Positions 18,103 to 25,970 of a DNA stretch of 64,000 nt are shown one piece after another. Below the pieces are notes generated by a model. That model worked only from the letters and a program-made list of their open reading frames with translations. It had not been told where the DNA came from and did no database searches. The stretch spans positions 7,312 through 71,311 of the forward strand of contig PLDN01000108.1 in the NCBI GenBank assembly GCA_003136185.1, in the 5' to 3' direction. Each line of letters opens with the position of its first letter. The first letter of the stretch is position 1. The stretch is from Acidimicrobiaceae bacterium (GTDB taxonomy: Bacteria > Actinomycetota > Acidimicrobiia > Acidimicrobiales > Bog-793). The position numbers were made by a program, and so were the translations under genes.

Positions 18103-18920
18103 TGGTCGATCGGCAAAGCGCCAAGAACAGGGCTCGGCGCCGGCAGCTCGCCGACCTGCATGTGCTCAGGTACGTACCTGGTTCGAGCGCTATCCACCGG
18201 TGCTGGGCCGGGACGAAGATCCTCACTATCGCCGCTTTGAGCATCGGGCTCGTGCTCTGGCCGACTTGGAGCGCCACAGGCCTCGTGGCGGCGCTGGTCA
18301 TGAGCGGATTCCTCGTCGCTCAGCTGCCCGCTGGGGTGGCGCCGCGCGTGCCGAGGTGGGTGTGGATCGTCGTGCTTGTCGGGGCCGGCCTGGCGCTCGC
18401 ATCCGGCGGCCTGCCCGATGCGCACCTGGGCTCGGTATCGGTGGGAGTCGGCGGCCTGGCGGTGTGGGCACGGTTCTCTTTGATCGGCATCGAGGTGCTG
18501 TCTCTGGCCGCCCTTGTCAGCTGGACCACTGCCCTAGCTGACCTGGCGCCGGCACTCGCGAGGTTGGCCGGCCCGCTGAGGCGCCTGCGGGTCCCAGTCG
18601 ACGAGGTCGTCGGAGCAATCGCCCTCGGAATTCGCTGCCTGCCGCTCTTGCTCGAAGAGGCGCGTGTGCTGAGCGCGGCTCGTCGCACTCGTCGACCTGA
18701 GCGGCTTCACGGCATGCAGGAACGGGCCGACGCGCTCGAGGAGATCCTGTTCACGGCGCTTTCCAGTGCGCTGCGGAGAGCGCGGGAGCTAGCCGAGGCG
18801 ATCGAGGCGCGAGGAGGCAGCCCGAGCTCACCGTCGGAGACACATCCTCTGCAAGGGGTCGACTTCGTCGTGCTCGGGCTTGCGGCTACCGCCTTCGTGG
18901 GAATGGTGCTCCTTCGCTAG
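18096..18920 (+). CDS. ECF transporter transmembrane (T) component, CbiQ/EcfT family
   Basis: It overlaps the upstream ATPase gene by 7 nt. It is a multi-pass membrane protein with a cytoplasmic Arg-rich coupling region (ARVLSAARRTRRPE) in the position typical of EcfT. Confidence 0.8.
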   Translation: MVMVDRQSAKNRARRRQLADLHVLRYVPGSSAIHRCWAGTKILTIAALSIGLVLWPTWSATGLVAALVMSGFLVAQLPAGVAPRVPRWVWIVVLVGAGLALASGGLPDAHLGSVSVGVGGLAVWARFSLIGIEVLSLAALVSWTTALADLAPALARLAGPLRRLRVPVDEVVGAIALGIRCLPLLLEEARVLSAARRTRRPERLHGMQERADALEEILFTALSSALRRARELAEAIEARGGSPSSPSETHPLQGVDFVVLGLAATAFVGMVLLR

Positions 18921-18951
18921 GCGGCCTCGCGGTGCTGCGTACACTGCCCAG

Positions 18952-19236
18952 GTGGAGCGGCAAACCGTAGAGCGGCGACTCACCGAGGTTCACGGTCGTC
19001 TCGTGAAGGCTCGTGAGGAGCTCGCTATCGTCGAGGAGCAACTCCTCATGTTCACCGACACGGCCGAGGACGCGAGGCTGCGAGCCCTTGTCTCGGAGAC
19101 ACCTCTCGCCAACCATGAGTGGCAGGAGGCACGTCGCCACGAAGAGGCAATGATTCGAGGCCGGGACTCTGCAAGGGCTCGGGTGGGCGAGCTCGAGCGG
19201 GCGCAAGACGAGCTGCTCGCAAAACTCGTAGTCTGA
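18952..19236 (+). CDS. Small coiled-coil protein (94 aa), unknown function
   Basis: From GTG 18952: VERQTVERRLTEVHGRLVKAREELAIVEEQLLMF...ARARVGELERAQDELLAKLVV, with heptad-like charged/hydrophobic spacing. It sits directly upstream of the ANTAR regulator. No family recognised. Confidence 0.4.
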   Translation: MERQTVERRLTEVHGRLVKAREELAIVEEQLLMFTDTAEDARLRALVSETPLANHEWQEARRHEEAMIRGRDSARARVGELERAQDELLAKLVV

Positions 19237-19305
19237 GTCCTGTCCACACGGGCTGGTAAGGCGGATGCGGTGTTGGTGCCGCACCGGAGCAAAGGAGCGC
19301 GGAGA

Positions 19306-19911
19306 TTGAGCAGGACCGTCGTCATCGCCGAGGATGAAGCGATCGTGCGTCTCGATCTGCGAGAGATCCTCGAGGAGAACGGATTCGAGGTCGTGGGAGA
19401 GACGGGGCGAGGTGACGATGCCGTCGCGCTTGCCAAGCAGCACGAACCGGACCTCGTGATCCTCGACATCAAGATGCCCGGTCTCGACGGCCTCTCGGCC
19501 GCCAAGGAGATCAACACCGGGCGGCGTTCGGCGGTGTTGATACTGACCGCGTTCAGCCAACGCAACCTGATCGAAGAGGCCCGCGACGCGGGCGCTCTCG
19601 CATACCTCGTCAAGCCGTTCCAGCAGGAGGAGTTGCTGCCTGCTATCGAGGTCGCGCTCGGGCGCTTTGCCGAGATGCAGGCCCTCGAGGCGGAGAACGC
19701 TGCTCTCGCCGACGACAAACGGAGCCTCGAGGAGCAGCTCGAGACGCGCCGGTGGGTGGACCGGGCGAAGGGAAAGCTCATGGACGATCATCAGCTCTCG
19801 GAGTCACAAGCTTTCTCGTTCATTCAGCAGACATCGATGAACCGGCGGACGACGATGCGCGAGGTTGCCAAGTTGGTGGTTGACGGGTCGATCATCCCCG
19901 AAGCGAGCTGA
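19306..19911 (+). CDS. pdtaR: Response regulator with ANTAR RNA-binding output domain (PdtaR-like)
   Basis: REC motifs VVIAEDE, DLVILDIKMPGLDG, LTAF. The ANTAR helix region reads RRWVDRAKGKLMDDHQLSESQAFSFIQQTSMNRRTTMREVA. TTG 19306 is preceded by AAAGGAG. The tracked start at 19270 is also possible. Confidence 0.85.
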   Translation: MSRTVVIAEDEAIVRLDLREILEENGFEVVGETGRGDDAVALAKQHEPDLVILDIKMPGLDGLSAAKEINTGRRSAVLILTAFSQRNLIEEARDAGALAYLVKPFQQEELLPAIEVALGRFAEMQALEAENAALADDKRSLEEQLETRRWVDRAKGKLMDDHQLSESQAFSFIQQTSMNRRTTMREVAKLVVDGSIIPEAS

Positions 19912-20048
19912 CCGAGGGCGCCCACTTTCTGAGCAGGCCCGAAACCATCTCACAGGAGCTTCACAGTCTGAGGCTCTTGACTGTGGCATAGGCGTGCGCC
20001 ACCTGTATGCGCCTGCATTCGATCGTCGACGCCGACTCAAGGGGACGC

Positions 20049-21524
20049 ATGTTCTTCACATATCTCAGGCGAGAGCTGAGACGCCGCGCCAAGCAAGCGA
20101 TCGTCGTGGCGATCGGTCTTGCGATCGGCATCGGCCTCGTCATGACCGTGTCGGCCGCTTCAGCAGGCGTAAAGACAGCGCAGGGGGCGGTCCTCCACTC
20201 CCTCTACGGCGTCGGCACCGACATGACTGTCACGAAGACAGCAACGTTCGGCGCCGGCGGCACCCAGCACTTCGGCGGCTTCGGTAGCGGGACGAGCGGT
20301 ACTCGTCCAGCGGCCGGTACCAAGATCTCCCGCAACACGTTGCGACCTACGGCGGGCCAGGCGACGTTCTCCTCGACGGCCGTGTCAAAGGTCGCATCGC
20401 TCCACGGCGTGGCTGCCGCAACCGGCGGGCTGAACCTGAGCGACACGAGCTTCTCGGGGACGATCCCGAACTCCGGCTCCGGTGGAGGAGGGTTCTCCGG
20501 CGGCTCGCCCAACTTCAACGTCAGCTCGTTCACCGTCGACGGTGTGGCTATCTCGAATTCGGCCGTCGGCCCGCTCGGATCGTCGCAGATCTCGAAGGGT
20601 GGTTACTTCAGCTCGACCGACAACAACGCCGAAGTCGCGATCGTGAGCTCCTCGTACGCCAACTCGCAAAAACTCAGTGTCGGTTCGAAGCTCGACGTGG
20701 CGGGCACGTCCCTCTCGGTCATCGGCATTGCCTCCACCTCGAGTTCGACGGCGGACGTCTTTATCCCGCTCGGTACAGCGCAGACGCTCGCCAAGCTGAA
20801 GAACGACGTGTCTATCGTCTACGTGAGCGCCACGAGCGCATCGGCAGTCTCTGGCGTCTCCTCGGAGGTCAAGACCGCGCTGCCGAGCAACACCGTCACC
20901 ACGTCGGCCAGCCTCGCGAGCGAGGTGAGCGGCTCCCTCTCGAGCGCAGCCAACCTCGCGACGAATCTCGGCAAGTGGCTGTCGATCGCCGCACTCATCG
21001 TGGCCTTCCTGATAGCTGGCCTGCTGATGATGGCGGCCGTCTCCCGTCGCGTACAAGAGTTCGGGACGTTGAAGGCGATCGGCTGGCGCACCCGGCGGAT
21101 AGTGGGACAGGTAATGGGTGAGGGAGTAACGCTCGGGCTTGTAGGGGGTGCGATGGGCCTCGCCTTAGGCGTTCTCGGTTCGGTGGTCGTGACGGCCGTC
21201 TCGCCCACGCTCACTGCCACGGTCGGGTCCACGTTCGCGACCGCCGGTGCGGCCTCCGGCGCATTCGGTGGCGGTGGCGGCTTTCCAGGTGCCGGAAGCT
21301 TTCCAGGCGCTGGGTCAGGGTCTCGCCCTTCGTTCTTCGGACGGCCAGGCGGGGCAAGCAGCGCAGCCCACACCGTCCTCGTCCACCTGACGGCACCTTT
21401 GCAGGGCGGCACGATCGTGCTCGCGGTTGGGTTGGCAATTGCCGGCGGGCTAGTGGCCGGTGGGTTCGGCTCCTGGCGCGCAGCGAGGCTCCGTCCCGCA
21501 GCAGCCCTGCGGAGGGTCGAGTGA
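20049..21524 (+). CDS. ABC transporter permease, FtsX/MacB type
   Basis: MFFTYLRRELRRRAKQAIVVAIGLAIGIGLVM (TM1), a large extracytoplasmic domain, a C-terminal FtsX 3-TM bundle (FGTLKAIGWRTRRIVGQVMGEGVTLGLVGG...) and a Gly-rich insert. It is followed by its ATPase. Confidence 0.8.
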   Translation: MFFTYLRRELRRRAKQAIVVAIGLAIGIGLVMTVSAASAGVKTAQGAVLHSLYGVGTDMTVTKTATFGAGGTQHFGGFGSGTSGTRPAAGTKISRNTLRPTAGQATFSSTAVSKVASLHGVAAATGGLNLSDTSFSGTIPNSGSGGGGFSGGSPNFNVSSFTVDGVAISNSAVGPLGSSQISKGGYFSSTDNNAEVAIVSSSYANSQKLSVGSKLDVAGTSLSVIGIASTSSSTADVFIPLGTAQTLAKLKNDVSIVYVSATSASAVSGVSSEVKTALPSNTVTTSASLASEVSGSLSSAANLATNLGKWLSIAALIVAFLIAGLLMMAAVSRRVQEFGTLKAIGWRTRRIVGQVMGEGVTLGLVGGAMGLALGVLGSVVVTAVSPTLTATVGSTFATAGAASGAFGGGGGFPGAGSFPGAGSGSRPSFFGRPGGASSAAHTVLVHLTAPLQGGTIVLAVGLAIAGGLVAGGFGSWRAARLRPAAALRRVE

Positions 21525-21584
21525 CCCGGCAGCCAGAGCAATCGACAGTGCAAATGACCCGATCGACGAGGGAAGACCCAGGCC

Positions 21585-22289
21585 ATGTATCAGCTGACTG
21601 ACGTCCGCAAGTACTTCGACAAGGGCGGCCAGATCGTCCGGGCGCTCGATGGCGTGAATCTTGTTATCGAGGACGGGGAGTTTCTTGCGATTCAGGGTCC
21701 GACCGGGCAGGGCAAGTCGACGCTCTTGCAGCTTCTCGGTGGGCTCGACCGGCCAAGCACCGGGCAGGTCCTCTTCGACGGCCGTGACCTCGCGAAGCTC
21801 GCCGAGAACGAGCTGGCGGATCTGCGGGCATCCGCCTTCGGATTCGTCTTCCAGACCTTCAACCTGATCCCGACGCTGACGGCGCAAGAGAACGTCGAGA
21901 CCGCTCTCGTCCCGCTTCACAAGAGCACCGCCGATCGCCAGCAGATGGCGCTAGCCGCGCTGGCCGAGCTCGGTCTAGCGGACCGCTCGACTCACCTCCC
22001 CTCGGAGCTGTCCGGCGGTCAGCAGCAGCGCGTGGCGATCGCTCGGGCGCTTGTGAAGAACCCGAAGGTGCTGCTGGCGGACGAGCCGACGGGAAACCTC
22101 GACGAGGAGACGCGTGACGAGATCGTGGCGCTCCTCGAAGGGCTCTGGCGTGACCGCGGCCTCACGCTGATCATCGTGACCCACGACAGCACGGTTGCCC
22201 GGCGCGCAGCCCGGACGGCGATCATGCGGGTCGGCAAAGTCTCGATCAAGAAGCAGCCCGAGAACAAACGGCCCGCGCCTGTCGCCTGA
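21585..22289 (+). CDS. ABC transporter ATP-binding protein (MacB/LolD type)
   Basis: GPTGQGKSTLLQLLGG, FVFQTFNLIP, LSGGQQQRVAIARAL, LLADEPTGNLD, IVTHD. Confidence 0.9.
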   Translation: MYQLTDVRKYFDKGGQIVRALDGVNLVIEDGEFLAIQGPTGQGKSTLLQLLGGLDRPSTGQVLFDGRDLAKLAENELADLRASAFGFVFQTFNLIPTLTAQENVETALVPLHKSTADRQQMALAALAELGLADRSTHLPSELSGGQQQRVAIARALVKNPKVLLADEPTGNLDEETRDEIVALLEGLWRDRGLTLIIVTHDSTVARRAARTAIMRVGKVSIKKQPENKRPAPVA

Positions 22290-22305
22290 GATCAGGCCGC
22301 AACGC

Positions 22306-22998
22306 CTAGGCGGCCCCCGCCGGCACCACGAATAGCTGGCGGCTCATAGCTGGACCGAGCGGTACCGACACGCCGCCGATGTCGATCGTGAGGGTGCCGT
22401 CCGGTGCCTTCGACAGCACCGTTGCGACCACTCCCGGGATGAAGCCGCTCTCGCTCAGGTACTCGAGTGCGCCCGCGTCCACTTCCACCTGCTCGGTGAT
22501 CCGAGCCAATCGGATCGCTTCGCCCGGCCGGGCGTCAGCGAGCGCGTGCTGGGCAGTTCTCGCCTGTGGTGCCCCGGGGATCGGGTTCCCGTGCGGGCAG
22601 GTTGAAGGGTTGCCGAGAATCTCGACGAAACGAGCCTCCACCTCATCTGAGATCACGTGCTCCCACCGGCCGGCTTCGAGGTGGGCCTTCGCCCACGGCA
22701 GCCCAACGATGTCGACGAGGAAGCGCTCGGCGAGGCGGTGCTTGCGCACGACGCTCTCGGCTCGTGCCCGTCCCTGAGTGGTCAGCGTGACGCCCCGGCC
22801 GCGTCGTGCGACGTATCCCTCACCTTCGAGTCGGTGCACCATCTCGGAGACCGATTGCGGGCTGTGCCCCAGCCGCTCGACGAGGCGCGCCTGGATAACT
22901 GGGACGCCCTCTTCCTCGAGAGCGTGGATCGTCTCGAGGTACTCCTCGAGCGGGGGATGGAATCCGTCGGGCGCCACTACCGCGATCGTACCTACCAT
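22306..22998 (-). CDS. DtxR/MntR-family metal-dependent transcriptional repressor with C-terminal SH3-like (FeoA) domain
   Basis: From ATG 22998 (alternatively GTG 22977): LEEYLETIHALEEEGVPV, ...HRLAERFLVDIVGLPWAKAHLEAGRWEHVISDEVEARF..., aligning residue for residue with DtxR/IdeR. 230 aa. The upstream 236 codons of the tracked ORF are antisense to polA. Confidence 0.85.
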   Translation of the reverse strand: MVGTIAVVAPDGFHPPLEEYLETIHALEEEGVPVIQARLVERLGHSPQSVSEMVHRLEGEGYVARRGRGVTLTTQGRARAESVVRKHRLAERFLVDIVGLPWAKAHLEAGRWEHVISDEVEARFVEILGNPSTCPHGNPIPGAPQARTAQHALADARPGEAIRLARITEQVEVDAGALEYLSESGFIPGVVATVLSKAPDGTLTIDIGGVSVPLGPAMSRQLFVVPAGAA

Positions 22999-23001
22999 GG
23001 C

Positions 23002-25812
23002 GTGGTGGCCCCCTACCTGCTTCTCGACGGGCACTCGCTCGCCTTCCGTGCCTGGTTCGCCCTGAAGGATGCCAACCTCGTCACTTCTTCCGGCCAGGAG
23101 ACCCAGGCGGTCTACGGATTTGCGGGGATGCTCGGCCGGCTGCTCGAAGATCACTCGCCCGTCGGCATGGCGGTCGCCTTCGACCTGAGCGGGCCGACAT
23201 TTCGGGACGGCATAGCCGCGGATTACAAGGCGGGGCGGGCGCCTACCCCGGAGACATTGCACGAGCAAGTGAATCTCATCCGGCGCGTGGTCGAGCTGAT
23301 GGGGATCCCGGTCGTGGAGATTCCCGGCTACGAGGCGGACGACGTGCTCGCCACTCTCGCCACCCGGCTCGACGAAGCGGGCGAGGACGTCATCATCGTG
23401 ACCGGCGACCGGGACTGCTACCAGCTCGTCCACGATCCCCACGTCCGCGTCCTCTACAACCGGCGTGGTGTCACGGACTACGTCTTGTACGACGAGAGCG
23501 GCATCGTGGACCGGACGGGGGTCACGCCCGATAAATATCCCTTCCTCGCAGCTTTGAGAGGCGATCCTTCCGACAACCTGCCGGGCGTGCCGGGAGTGGG
23601 GGAGAAGACCGCTGCCAAGCTCGTCAACGCCTACGGTGACATCGACTCGCTCTACGCCCATCTCGACGACCTGACGCCGAAGTTGCGCGCATCGCTCGTA
23701 GATCACGAACAGCGAGTCCGCCAGAACTTCTTGATGACGCCGCTCGTGCGGGACGTACCGCTCGGCTACGAGCTCGCCGACCTCCGCCTTGGAGGATCGG
23801 ATCGAGAGGAGCTCAACAACCTCTTCACGCTCCTCGAGATCCGCGCACCGCGAGACCGGATCCTGAAGGCCCTCGACCGGCTGGAAGACGGCGGCACGGG
23901 CGCGAGCGCCGGGGCGCCGCAGGGACCGGCTAGCACGACAAGCCTCCGGCCGTTGAAGGTTGAGGTCATCGACGAGGTGGCAAGAGCACGATCGGTCCTC
24001 GGCGAGCTCGTCGCGACCGGCGGGGCGATCGCCGTCGACCCGGAATGGACCGGCCTGCCGGGCCGATCGGAGCTCGTCGGGCTGGCGCTCTCGGCGGTGG
24101 AGGACGCGCCTGGCGCTGACGAGGGACCGCGCTCACCGGATCGGAGCGCATACTTCCTTCCCGCTTCGCTGCTCGCTGACGTCCGTGAAGAGCTCAGCGC
24201 CGTGCTCGGCACCGGCGCCGAGACGGAGCCCCGGTTAGTGGCGTTCAGGGCGAAAGAGCTCATGAGAGTCCTCATGCCGCTCGGCTATGAGATGACCGGC
24301 CTCGACCTCGACTTGGCGGTAGCCAACTACCTGGTCGACCCGAGTGGAGCCCAAGCCACTCTCCAGGCAATGGCGGGTAACCCCGAGGCACAGGCCTCGA
24401 GTGCGACCGGGACCCAGCTCGGCTTTGATGTCGCCGGAGACGCAGCCCAACCTTCGGTCGCCGAGGCGGCCGGCGCGCGAGCCGCCCTGCTCGCCGAGCT
24501 CGCACCTCAGATGCGCTCGACGCTGGCGGAGAACGGCGCCGAGACGCTCTACGAGACGATCGAGCGGCCGCTCATCCGGGTCCTTGCGAAGATGGAGATT
24601 GCCGGGGTTGCCGTCGACCGCGCACGTCTCGAGCAGATCAACGCCGAGCTCACCTCTGAGTCCGAGCGACTCGAGGCAGAGGTTCAGCAATTGGCGGGCG
24701 AGTCGTTCAGGGTCAACTCGACCCAACAGCTCCGCCACATCCTGTTCGAGGTGCTAGGCCTCACGCCTCAGAAGAAGACGAAGACGGGCTACTCGACCGA
24801 TGCCCAGAGCCTCGAGAGACTGCGCGACGCGCACCCGATCATCGAGACTCTGCTCGCATATCGAGAAGTAGAGAAACTCCGCTCCACCTACGGCACCGGC
24901 CTTCTTTCTGAAGTGGCCCCTGACGGCCGGATCCATGCCTCGTTCAACCAGACGGTCGCGAGGACCGGTCGCCTGTCATCCGACCAGCCCAACCTCCACA
25001 ACATCCCTGTGCGCTCGACGCTCGGGCGGCAGTTCCGCGAGGCTTTCGTACCGGGCGAAGGCTGCGAGCTGCTCGTTGCTGACTACGACCAGATCGAGTT
25101 GCGCGTGATCGCCCACCTCGCCGAGGACCCGGGCCTCATCGAGGCGTTCCGGACGGGCGTCGACATTCACAGCGTGACGGCACAGCGCATCTTCGGCGTC
25201 GACGCTGCCGGGGTGACTCCGATGATGCGGTCGCGGTCGAAGATGGTCTCTTACGGCCTCGCGTACGGCATGGAGGCCTACGGCCTCTCACAGCGCCTTG
25301 CCATCCCGGTCGAGGAGGCGGCCGCGATCTTGAACCAGTACTTCGTCGCTTTCCCGAACGTGAAGGCCTACATGAACCAGACCATCGGAGACGCGCGGGC
25401 AAAGGGGTACACCGAGACGTTGTTCGGCCGTCGGCGGTACCTCCCCGAGCTCGGCTCCTCGAACTATCAGGTGCGCCAAGCGGCCGAGCGACAGGCGATG
25501 AATGCGGGCATCCAGGGCCTGGCGGCCGACATCTTCAAAGTGGCGCTCGTCGGTTTGGACAGCGCTCTTTGCGAGGGCGGCTTTGCCAGCCGGATCATCT
25601 TGCAGGTCCACGACGAGATCCTCACCGAGGTCGTCCTGGCCGAGTCGGACGAGGTGGCGGCGTTGACCGAGGACGTGATGCGGTCGGCTGCCGATCTGTC
25701 GGTACCGCTCGCCGTGCACGTCGCCCGCGGCCCGACCTGGGCATCGGCGAAAGACGGCGGCGGAGTCGTCCTAGAGGACCTTGACGACGAGGACCTGGCA
25801 GCCGACTTCTGA
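23002..25812 (+). CDS. polA: DNA polymerase I
   Basis: The 5'-3' exonuclease N-terminus starts at GTG 23002/23005 (VVAPYLLLDGHSLAFRAWFAL, GYEADDVLATLA, TGDRDCYQL). Polymerase motifs are DYDQIELRVIAHL, RSKMVSYGLAYG, QVHDEILTEV. Confidence 0.93.
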   Translation: MVAPYLLLDGHSLAFRAWFALKDANLVTSSGQETQAVYGFAGMLGRLLEDHSPVGMAVAFDLSGPTFRDGIAADYKAGRAPTPETLHEQVNLIRRVVELMGIPVVEIPGYEADDVLATLATRLDEAGEDVIIVTGDRDCYQLVHDPHVRVLYNRRGVTDYVLYDESGIVDRTGVTPDKYPFLAALRGDPSDNLPGVPGVGEKTAAKLVNAYGDIDSLYAHLDDLTPKLRASLVDHEQRVRQNFLMTPLVRDVPLGYELADLRLGGSDREELNNLFTLLEIRAPRDRILKALDRLEDGGTGASAGAPQGPASTTSLRPLKVEVIDEVARARSVLGELVATGGAIAVDPEWTGLPGRSELVGLALSAVEDAPGADEGPRSPDRSAYFLPASLLADVREELSAVLGTGAETEPRLVAFRAKELMRVLMPLGYEMTGLDLDLAVANYLVDPSGAQATLQAMAGNPEAQASSATGTQLGFDVAGDAAQPSVAEAAGARAALLAELAPQMRSTLAENGAETLYETIERPLIRVLAKMEIAGVAVDRARLEQINAELTSESERLEAEVQQLAGESFRVNSTQQLRHILFEVLGLTPQKKTKTGYSTDAQSLERLRDAHPIIETLLAYREVEKLRSTYGTGLLSEVAPDGRIHASFNQTVARTGRLSSDQPNLHNIPVRSTLGRQFREAFVPGEGCELLVADYDQIELRVIAHLAEDPGLIEAFRTGVDIHSVTAQRIFGVDAAGVTPMMRSRSKMVSYGLAYGMEAYGLSQRLAIPVEEAAAILNQYFVAFPNVKAYMNQTIGDARAKGYTETLFGRRRYLPELGSSNYQVRQAAERQAMNAGIQGLAADIFKVALVGLDSALCEGGFASRIILQVHDEILTEVVLAESDEVAALTEDVMRSAADLSVPLAVHVARGPTWASAKDGGGVVLEDLDDEDLAADF

Positions 25813-25970
25813 GTGGCGGAACAAGCCTCCCGCCAGGTGGTATAGCCTTTCGATGCGAGCGTGAGCGCTGGGCAGAGCTGCAGCGGCGCCGACCTCGGAT
25901 CAGAACGCCAACCATCCATCTCCCGCCATGCCCAGGCGGCCTAGTTCCCGTTAGAGAGCGACTCGACCTG

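Noticed and set aside
19988-20012. IdeR/DtxR iron-box upstream of the MacB-type exporter (ATAGGCGTGCGCCACCTGT)
   Set aside because: Only about 10 of 19 positions match the TTAGGTTAGGCTAACCTAA consensus, and the dyad symmetry is poor.
22999-23706. N-terminal 236 codons of the 466-aa ORF 22306-23706
   Set aside because: This stretch is antisense to the well-supported polA 5'-3' exonuclease domain. The DtxR alignment begins only at ATG 22998.
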